Source: the human T2T-CHM13v2.0 reference genome, Homo sapiens
Reading direction: 5' to 3' (one strand)
Assembly: GCF_009914755.1 (NCBI RefSeq)
Contig: NC_060928.1
DNA: 64,000 bases
The stretch's first letter is position 1, and each line of letters opens with the position of its first letter. Below are positions 54,071 through 64,000 of this stretch, piece by piece. The position numbers were made by a program, and so were the translations under genes. The notes below the pieces were generated by a model. That model ran no database searches, had not been told where the DNA came from, and saw only the letters and a program-made list of their open reading frames with translations.

Positions 54071-56864
54071 TGCGGAAGGGTAAGGAAGACAATGTGCTCA
54101 GTAATCCACCCTTTAATGTTGGCTGTGTTTAAAGCCATTGAAACCACTTTGGAAGAACTCTTGGGAGACATGAGGCAGAGGGTGAGAAATGCCTGAAGAC
54201 CTTTAGGAGAATTTAGAGCATTTAGTTCTGTCCAAAGTAAAATCCAAGGAGCAACGCTCCAAAGTTAAGTCAATGCCATGTTCTGGGTAAATGCCTCATG
54301 AACGGAAATCCTAAGATTTCTGTACAATTTCCTCTTAGGACTCTTAAAGTCTTTAATTAACTAGAGATCTAGTATCAACTGCACTAAAACTAAGCTACTT
54401 CAAACATACTGAATTATCCATTGAAACCCACACTCCAGCAGGTGTCTTGTTAGTCAAACTGTCACCCTGCCTAGCTGACATTTCAAACTCAAAAAGTCTT
54501 GAGGCACTCAGATTGTCAAGGTGCATGTGACTCAAAAGCCACATGAGAAAAAGTACTCAAATGTGGGAAGCCTAGGGATGTTGGATCTGGAGGGATGTGG
54601 TTTTATGAATCCTGGCCACCTAATTGGCTATGAATAAGTGAAATATGATCCATATATTGATGTACCTATTGATATGAGATAGTAAAAATAATTTTTTCAA
54701 CTTCACGTGCAAAACAAGTGTTTTCTTTCAGTCTGTACTCAGTCTCAGGCATTAATAAATTTGAAATTTTTCTGTCATTTAAGGATACCTATTCGCAGAG
54801 GTGGGGAGATGGTTTCTAGAACTAAATTTTAAACATACAATTACTCATGCTCTTCAGTATAGTAAGTTTATGTGGCTGTTTATTCTGTCTTCTAAAAGGA
54901 GAGTATTCTTTATTCCTTTTTCAAAACCTAAATTCTTATGTAACTAGAAGCAAAGATTATATTTTGATTACCTTGTGGTAAGAATTTAAATAGAAATGAC
55001 AGGTATTACAATTTATTTTGGCTTAGACAAGTTATACTATTTCTAAATCTGGCCACTTTCAAAGAAATGAAAAAATCTTAATACATACAGATACACATTA
55101 TTTCTCACTGTCACATTGAAAAATGTACATTTTTTTCAAAATTTCCAATTTACTCTAAGGCCAGAATAAAAAAAAAATCATGCATATAAAAAGGGCATTG
55201 TTCGAAAGGTATAAATTCTGGAAAACTCCTAAAACAGTCTCTGACTGTCCAAGGTAACTTTTCAGGGTAAACTGCCATTATTAGGTTAAGTTAAAATGTG
55301 TCTCAAAAAAATTAGTAGATTAAATTACATTTAGTTAACCAAGAAATCTGTATTTATTGAAAACATGCTGTTTGCCTCAGTTCAGGTTTACATTATAGCT
55401 CAACTGGCATTCTAAATTACCCACTCTTGCAACTTGTATTGCTTCTTTTTTGTTTCATTCTTTACATTGTTATAAAGTGTTACCACTGGAACTCAAATCA
55501 AATTGTATCACTCTCTTACTTAGTAACCTTGTGGCTACCACCTCCAACTCTATCTTTTGCATCTCATATACAATCAGCTGTGGAAACACTGCAGTCCCAC
55601 TTCCCAGATCGCTTATTCATTCATAGATGTGGTTGGGGGAAATTTACACCCTCTTATCTAGGACCAGCTCTTCCCCCCACACCTTCTTCTCCAAGGTAAT
55701 TCTTATGAGTCTGTCTGATATATTTATTTCTGTTTTGTTTTCCTGATGCAAAACATTAAATATAATAAGTATAATGATTGAAAGAATCTGCATAATTCAC
55801 AGAATAAGAATTCCACTAATTTAGTTGTACTTCTAAGAATAAAAATATAGACATATCACAATCATCATGTTTTTTGGTCTACTTCAAATAGACAACTTCA
55901 TATTTATTAATCAGTGAGGTAGAATCCAAACTGAATTCAATTCTTAGTTTTGAGTTCTTAGTCCTTCAAATTCCTTTTACAAATATTTTGATATTAGTAT
56001 ATTTATATTCATTTAGCTAGAAATTATGGTCCAGTCCTGTTCTCATTAATTAATTAACTTAATTAATAGGAATGTCTGAGTTCATGTCAGGGCCTAGAAG
56101 ACTCATCTGCTGTGGGAAGGCATGAATTCCCCAATGTGTCTGGGCATACTGACAACAAACAGGGAGAGCTGCCCTTCTTAATAAAGTTTGATTGACAGCT
56201 GTATTGTGCTGAGTGTGATTATATGGTGCCTAGTCCTGACGGGTTCAGTCCAAAATAATGCACCATGTGGATCACAAGCCTGCTTTAAATGTTCTACCAT
56301 TTTATAATTGTCAAGAGAGAGAATTTAGATAGAATGTCAGTCAAGTTTTTCTGTTTACCTCTGCAGCCATGAGCTTTGGTTAGATAATCTCTGCGTTATC
56401 TATATCACCTGGATTTTTATGAAGCTCATAATCCAAATTCAATTATTTTTATGTTTTTCTAATATGATTTTAGGGTCCCTTATACAGAAAAAAGCTGTAG
56501 TAGCAGGTACCATTTCTAATTCATATGAATGAAACGAATCCCACCAATATGGTACCCTTTTTCAGTTTCTATAAAATAATCTCCATTCCTTAAAAAAATA
56601 CTTACTGTTTGTCAAGAAGATATATATTATTAATTTGATTCTCCCATTTTTTTACTATTGGTTTTGGTATCATAGTCTCTTATTTAAATAATAGATGCAA
56701 ACACAGTAGAGACCAACAGATAAAATGAACTCAACCAAATTTTCTCTCTGCAATTGACACACAAGTAAGGCGTTTGTTTAACAGGCCTTGTGTGTATGTT
56801 TTGTAGTAATTTAAACACACAGAATATACTTTCATTTTCATTTGTCTGGAAAACAATGTTGAAA

Positions 56865-57081
<217 letters not shown>

Positions 57082-57134
57082 TGAAACATTAACATGAATT
57101 ATTACAATCACTTTCTCATTGATTTTCCCACCAG

Positions 57135-57216
57135 GTGCAAGGAACCATCTTCCCAGCTCCCAATTTCAATCCCATAATGGATGCCCAAATGCTAGGAGGA
57201 GCACTCCAAGGATTTG
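57135..57216 (+). CDS. ANXA10: Annexin A10 coding exon 2 (VQGTIFPAPNFNPIMDAQMLGGALQGF + 1 nt)
   Basis: cag|GTGCAAGGAACC...GGATTTG|gtaagt, 82 nt. Encodes the start of annexin repeat I (F.P..DA..L..A.QG). Confidence 0.97.
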
Positions 57217-57479
57217 GTAAGTCTGATTATTTCTACCATCTTTTATTGTGATTATTTTTTGCTTTACCTTGTTTTAAGACTATACTGTGGGTATAAAATA
57301 GTTGATGTCTTACAAAACACAGATACAGATTAGACAAAAAAAAAAAACTGAGCAAAGAAGTAGAATGAGAAGAAAAATAATATAAAAAGACAATAATGAT
57401 GAACAAATTTGCCTTTAGAAATTGCTAGTCTAATCTTAAAATGTTTGCCTTAAATCCATAAGTGCCTCATCACTAACTA

Positions 57480-57925
57480 CTAAATGAAATCTCCGCTAAA
57501 ACACCTTAATCCAGGATAGAGCATTCTTTTTAACCTTTGCTTCTGTTTTCTAGCTTGTTTCATTTGCTATTTGCTATTTCCACTTCCAGTCAATCAAACT
57601 TTTTGCTATTCCCCCAAATGACTCTGCTTTTCACATCTCTGTAAATTGGCCCAATCACTTCTCTGCCTGGAATGTTATTTTCTTCTCTTGTCTACTTTTC
57701 ATCTAAATTCTCTTCTTCAAGAATCTGTTCAGATGAGCCTTCCTCTCTGAATTCTTCTTTGGGCACTGCAAGCTCAATCAGCTATGCCAACCCCCCAGGC
57801 ACCTTACTTCCTACCTCTCACTCCCCTAATCTCATTTGCACTGTGCTTATGTTTGTCTCACCTGCTGACTGGACTGTGAACTCCCAGAGCTTGGAGTTTG
57901 ACATAGAGGTGATTCATAATGAATG
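57480..57925 (+). mobile_element. L2 3' region
   Basis: cttctctgcctggaatg...tgtttgtctcacctgctgactggactgtgaactcc...aatgaatga. Confidence 0.65.
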
Positions 57926-59089
57926 ATACTAAAGTTTAGAAAAAGTATATAGAGAGAGAAGAAGGGAGGACAATTTTGGGATTCTTTTACAAAAAAAAAT
58001 ATTATATATATAATTTTTAAGATATCATATGGAGGTATTAAACTTTCATATAGTTTCCTACAATAAAACCTGTTTTAAGAAGACTCTTGATGAGCATAAA
58101 GACAAACATAGACAACATAAAAGAAATCTTTGCATAAGGCATGCAAAACCTTTCATAAGAAAGCAAGCTCTTAACTTTAAAGACAAGGTCGCCTTTACAG
58201 GAGCTTGACTGTGTGTGTGTATGCATGAATGCACATCTGTGTGTTTTATTCACTAGCAGTATCCCATAGGAAAACAATAGAGGACTTAAAATATGCTCGC
58301 TAAAGCTGACTTTAGGAGTTTGCAATGCTTTCATGCCTTTTAAAATATCAGTCATCACTAGAACAATAAAAAGACAAGTTAACACAAAGTTATGAATTAA
58401 CTTTTTATTGAGGAGTGCAATTTTTGCTTTAAAACTATGGGTCACAGCAATCTGTTCACCAAAAAGTTTTTCTTTGCTCCAGTTTCAATGTTCCTGTCAT
58501 TGCAATTTTAGGGTCAGAATAAGGATTCATTTTGACCATCATAATTTGTTGCTTATCAGTGTATTAGGCTGAAGTACGTCAGGAGGTTTTGGGCTTTGAT
58601 TGCACGGTGTCCACTGTAGCATGCCAGAGCATGAACACAGCTCAAATTGCTTTAAAGTTCTATCCATCTCCATGACTCTGGCGAAGTGTTATTGAAAAAG
58701 ACAATAACTAATGTTTTTCTTAGCTACTGTGTTTTATTTAGAAAAATCTGAAAGCAAAAACGTATTCTGAAACAAATGAAAGTGAGTAGCTCTGATAGAA
58801 ATTGCTTTAAGTTGTATAAAAATTTACTCATCATCTATAAAAAGAAACACTTATTAGTTAACATTCCCTAATAGTACAGTCTACTTTCCAATTTATCACC
58901 ACTTGAAGATACTTTCCTGCCCATGCATTCTTATAACCATTTTTATTTTGTATCTATTAACATGTGTAATTGCTAGGTCAGCCCTGTGAGATCCTGGACA
59001 ACCGAAGTCATTTTTAACCTACATTCCTAAATCTTGACAAAGGAGAACACAAGTCAAAATTAATCTTTTTTGAAATGCTCAGTGCTATT

Positions 59090-60950
59090 CAGAGTGGACA
59101 ATCTCAGCTTGTTCCTGATCTTTCTGATCATTAAGTATGATGCTAGCTATAGGATTTTTGAAAACGTTCATTATGAAGTTAAGGAAGTTCCCCTCTATTC
59201 TTAGTTTGCTAACAGTTTTTAACTTGAATAGGTATTGGATTTTGTCAAGTGATTTTTCTTCATCTGTTGATATAATCACATGATTTTTCTCCTTTTTCCT
59301 GTTGATGCAATGGATGACATAACTGATTTTTAAATGGTGAAACTGCCTTGCATATCTGGAATAAATCCCACTTAATCATGAAATATAATGCCTTGTATGC
59401 ATTATTATATCTGACTTTCAAACTTTTTGAGGATTTTTGCATCTATCTATGCTCATGAGAAATGTTGGTCAGTAATTTTCTTTTCTTGTTGTGCCTTTCT
59501 CTGGTTTTGGTATTAGGGTAAGGCTGACCTAGTAGAAAGAGTTATGAAGCATTCTCTATGCTTCTAATTTCTGAAGGAGATTGTAGAAAATTGATATTTC
59601 TTTCTTAAAAGTTTGGTAGAATTCATAAGTGAAGCCATATGGACCTAGTGCTTTCTATTTTGTGGGTTATTAATTACCACCGACTTAAGTTTTTGATAGA
59701 TATGGGCCCATTCAGATTGTCTATGAGTTTGGGTAGGTTGTGTCTTTGAAGAAATTGATCCATTTCATCTAGACTATCAAATTTGTGGTCTTAGAGTTAT
59801 TAATAATATTTTATTATGATTTTAATGTCCATTGAGATTGGTAGTAATGGCTCCTGTTTCGTTTCTGATATTCGTAAGTTTTATCTCTCTCTCTCTCTGT
59901 CTCTGTCTCTCTCTCCCTCTCTTGCTTTCTCTCTCTTTCCTTAACCTAGCTAAAGCCCTATAAATTTTATTGATGTTTCCCCCAAAAAAAACCAGCTTTT
60001 GGTGCCATGGATGTTTTCTCTTGATTTTCCAATTTCAAATTCATTGATTATTGCTCTAATCTTTCTTTTCTTCTATTTATGTTAGGTTTAATTTGCTCTT
60101 CTTTTTCCAGTTTCCTAAGATGCAAGCTTAGATTCTTGATTTCAGATTTCTTTTTGTTTCTCTATATGCATTTTTCTCTAAGCATTGCTTTTGCTCATCT
60201 CATAAATTTTGAGTCATATTTTTACTTTCAATTTGTTTGAAATTTTTAAAAATTCTCTTGTCACTTCTTCTTAGTCTCATGTGTATTTAGAAGTGTGCTG
60301 TTTAATCTGTGTGTATTTGGGGATTTTTCCAGCCATCTTTCTGTTACTGATTTCTAGTTTAATTTCATTGCAGCCTCAGAGCATATTTTGTATGTTTTTT
60401 ATTATTTTAAATTGTTAAGATGTGTTTTGTGGTCCAGAATGTGGTCTATTTTGGTTAATGCTCCATGTAACTTGAGAAGAATGTGTATTCTGCTTTTGTG
60501 GCAATAAGCATTCTATAGATGTTAATTAAATCCAGTTGATTGATGGTGCTGTTCATTTCAATGATACCCTCACTGGTTTTCTGTCTGCTGGATTTTTAAA
60601 TTACTTATAGAGTAATTGACAAATTACTCTAGAGGTGTTAAATTGCCCAGTTATAACAGTGGATTCTTCTATTTCTCTTTGCAATTCTATTATTTTTTTC
60701 CTCATCTCTTTTGGCACTCTGTTGTTTGGCACATACATATTAAGGTTTGTTATATCTTCTTGGAGAACTGACCCCTTTAACATTTTGTAATAACCCTTTT
60801 ATTCCTGATAATTTTCTTTGCTTTGAAGTATTCTTTGTCTAAAATTAACATAGCTACTCCAACTTTCTTTTGATTGCATTTGCATGGTATATAATTCTTC
60901 ATTCTTTACTTTTAATCTCTCTGTGTCTTTAATGTTGATTTCTTGTAGAC
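59090..60950 (-). mobile_element. Old L1 ORF2 region
   Basis: ORF remnants MIISTDEEKSLDKIQYLF (RT region) and MLKGSVLQEDITNLNMYVPNNR (endonuclease region). Confidence 0.88.
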
Positions 60951-60974
60951 CACTTAGTGCTATTAAGAAATAAT

Positions 60975-61840
60975 TTTACTCACCTCAGTTAAAATGAGTT
61001 TTATCCAAAAGACAGACAATAACAAATGTTGGCAAGAATGTGGAGAAAAGAGTACCCTTGTACATTGTTTCTGGGAATGTACGTTAGTACCACCACTATG
61101 TGGAACAGTTTAAAGGTTCCTCAAAAAAATTAAAAAGTGAGTTATACCATGTGATCCAGAAAATCCACTGCTGGGTATATACCTAAAAGAAAGGAAATCA
61201 ATATATCAAAGACACATCTGCATTCTTGTGTTTGTTCCAGCACTATTTACAATAGCTAAGATTTGGAAGCAACCTGTGCATCAACAGATGAATGGATAAG
61301 GAAAATATAATACAAATACTCAACAGAGTACAATTCGACCATAAAAAAGAATGAGATCCTGTCATTTGCAACAACATGGATGAAAGTGGAGATCATATGT
61401 TAAGTGAAATAAGCCAGGCACAGAAAGACAAACATTGCATGTTCTCACTTATTTACGAGATCTAAAAATCAAAACAATTTAACACATGGACATAAAAAAG
61501 TAGAAGGATGATTACCAGAGGTTGTGAAGGGTAGCGGAGGGCTGCTGGGGACTCGAGGATGGTTCATGGGTACAAAAAATAGTTGGAAAGAATGAATAAA
61601 ACATACTATTTGATAGCACAACAGGGTGACTATAGTCAATAATAACTGTGTATTTTAAAATATCTAAAACTGTGTAATTGGATTGTTTGCAACTCAATGG
61701 ATAAATGCTTAAGGGGATGGATAACCCATTCTTCATGATGTGCTTATTTCATATTGCATGCCTATATAAAAACATCTTGTGTACCCCATAAATATATATA
61801 CCTATTATGTAACCACAAAAATTAAAAATAAAAAATTAAG
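60975..61840 (+). mobile_element. L1MA-type 3' end
   Basis: gagatcctgtcatttgcaacaacatggatg...gtaccccataaatatata...A-rich tail. Confidence 0.9.
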
Positions 61841-61908
61841 GAATAATTTTAAATTTTAGTAATAATTATGTTCTTGCCTAGGAGGCCACTTTTACCTATT
61901 TGACCATA

Positions 61909-62871
61909 CAGTCGATTCTCATTATTCACAAATGCTATATTTACAAATTTATCTACTCACTAAAATTGTTTTATAACCCCCAAATCAATATGCACAGATA
62001 TTTCGTGGTCATTTGCAGACATGTGCAGAGAGGTGAAAAATTTTAGTCACTAGAATGCATATTGCTGGTTGAAATCAAACAAGGTGACCTCTGCCGTCTT
62101 CTTTTAGCTTTCATGCTGTAAATAAGTCCTTTATGCAATCTATGTAGTGACACAATTTTGCATTTTTATGCTTTGCTTGGTGATTGTGCTGTTTAAAATG
62201 GCCCCAAGCATAGTGCTGAAGTACTGCCTAGTGTGTTCCTACGCACAAAAAGAAGTATTCAAGAAAAAAATATGTGTGTCACATAAACTAAATTCAAGAA
62301 TTAGTTATAGTACTGTTGACCATGAGTTTAATGTTAATGAATTAATAAAATAATACATCCATAAAAAATAATAGAAAATGTATTGATCTCTGCACGATGC
62401 TGTTTGGAAAATGCTGAAGTAACATCTATTCTATGTTATGAAGTATGGAAAAGATGAAAAAATGGCTGAATTTTTGGGTTCTTGAGACTATAACTGATAA
62501 CAAAATTAATAATTTTAAAAAATAATCAAGGCAGTCAGCTTTCTTTTGAAAGCAGTGTTGGGTGGCAGGTTAGAAAAATTCTGTAGATCAGGAGGCTACA
62601 GAAGAGCTTTAAAAATATCTCTTAAATGTTTATACAGGAGAAGGCTATCTGGAAGTATAGTTTTCAATGCTAACAAGACTGGCTTGTTTCATAAGGACAT
62701 TGGCAAACAAACATAATGCAAATGACATTTCAGTTGACAAAAAATATTGTAACCACAGGGTTACAGAAACCTAACCCTGCATTTTCCCTAGGAACAATAG
62801 TTCAGTATTTACTAATTCAGTGTTCATGGCAAATTTGTAGAATATAAATACCACATACAATGAGTCACTTG
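61909..62871 (-). mobile_element. MER6-like Tigger-family DNA element
   Basis: ta|cagtcgattctcattattc start and ...aatgagtcacttg|ta end. Family name and strand are from memory of the consensus. Confidence 0.65.
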
Positions 62872-62879
62872 TACAAAAT

Positions 62880-63560
62880 AAAATTTGATAAAATTATGAT
62901 GGTTCATTATGCCCAAATTTTCCATTAAAATCAGAAAAAGATAAATTATTTAGAAATCCCTGACCTAAAGCACTAGGAGAAGAAGGAGAAAAACTTATAA
63001 TGATTACAAAGAAGAAATCAAAGTTGTGATTATATGAAGAAGAGGTTATATATCTAGAAATTCCAGTTTAATAAAAAGTTACTTAATATTATAAGAGAGT
63101 TCAGTAACTTCTCAGGATACAAAGTAAACACAAAAATCAGTATCACTTCTTCAATTAAGCAATTATGTGTTAGGAAATAAAACAAAAATAACATAACTGG
63201 GAATATCAATAGAAGTGCAAATATAAGTAACTTTAGCAAAATAAACCTTCTTGTCATTAGCAAAAAGCTCCACAAATCTTTACTAAGTCTTTTAGAGAAG
63301 AAAAAACCTTAAATAATAGGTTGGCAGAAATATCATGTAAGTGACAGAAAGACAACACTTACAAAATTGATTCCTAAATTTACAGTTATTTTAATTTAAA
63401 AATTGTAATACAATTATTGAGATTCATATAAAATATCTCTGGAAGAATAAATAAACAAGAATTGCTATGAAAACTTAATAGAGCAATTCAGAGCGCTAGA
63501 TTGTGGATAATCTCAACAGAACAAGAACAAAAAGTAAGACTATAATAATTTCATAAATGT
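62880..63560 (+). mobile_element. Very old L1 ORF2 fragment
   Basis: ataagagagttcagtaacttctcaggatacaaagtaaacacaaaaatcagt. Confidence 0.65.
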
Positions 63561-64000
63561 GATAATAGTAAGAATAAGACAAAGAAAGTAATTTTAAAAT
63601 CTTCTATTTATTATCAAATATATGTTCACTTTAGAATGTCCATCATGCCATTAACAGATTCCTCTACTGGTTTTGTTTTGTTTTGTTTTTTGTTTCTGCC
63701 TTTTAGTTCAGGGTCTTAACCAGGCTTGAGCCAGACATCATCTTTCTCTATGCCTTTTCAGTGGAGTCTGCCTTTTCTCTCAGTAGCCATTAATTTCTAT
63801 CTTTGAAGCCAATTCTAGGCCTTCCTCCCTCCCTGTTACAGCTTTCAGACCATTTGTGCATAAAATACCCTGATGCTCCCCCTGCTTTTCAGTGATACAG
63901 TCATCTATGTTAATTCTTAACACTTGTTCTCATTCGCTGGATATTTCAGCACCTTATTCATAGCCTTCCTGTGATCCTAAGCCCATCCAGGAGGGACTTA

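Noticed and set aside
58038-58445. Longest ORF in the track (135 aa, minus strand)
   Set aside because: Non-ATG start, low-complexity hydrophobic composition typical of AT-rich intron antisense, and no recognisable motif.

Overview
AT-rich, repeat-dense primate (most likely human) genomic DNA containing the 5' end of ANXA10 (annexin A10) on the + strand. A TATA-box promoter sits near 21442. Exon 1 (coding part 21635-21652, MFCGDY) is followed by a ~35.5 kb intron 1 and by exon 2 (57135-57216, VQGTIFPAPNFNPIMDAQMLGGALQGF). I did not find exon 3 in the window. The rest is a mosaic of transposon fossils: a near full-length Tigger1, a decayed two-LTR ERVL-class provirus with recognisable protease and RT motifs, plus L1, L2, MIR, Alu, MaLR, MER41, MER31 and Tigger-family MER elements. 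Repeat subfamily names and the ANXA10 call come from recalled consensus sequences, not from a search, and repeat boundaries without target-site duplications (TSDs) are approximate. Nearly all ORFs in the supplied track look like repeat-derived or chance ORFs, and the track misses both real ANXA10 coding exons. I found no convincing evidence of a new multi-gene biological system. The best leads are small cis features: a uORF in the ANXA10 5'UTR, a ~185 bp duplicated intronic module with an 86 bp identical core, a 38 bp hairpin VNTR, template-switch-like scars, and a truncated antisense Alu next to the exon 2 acceptor.
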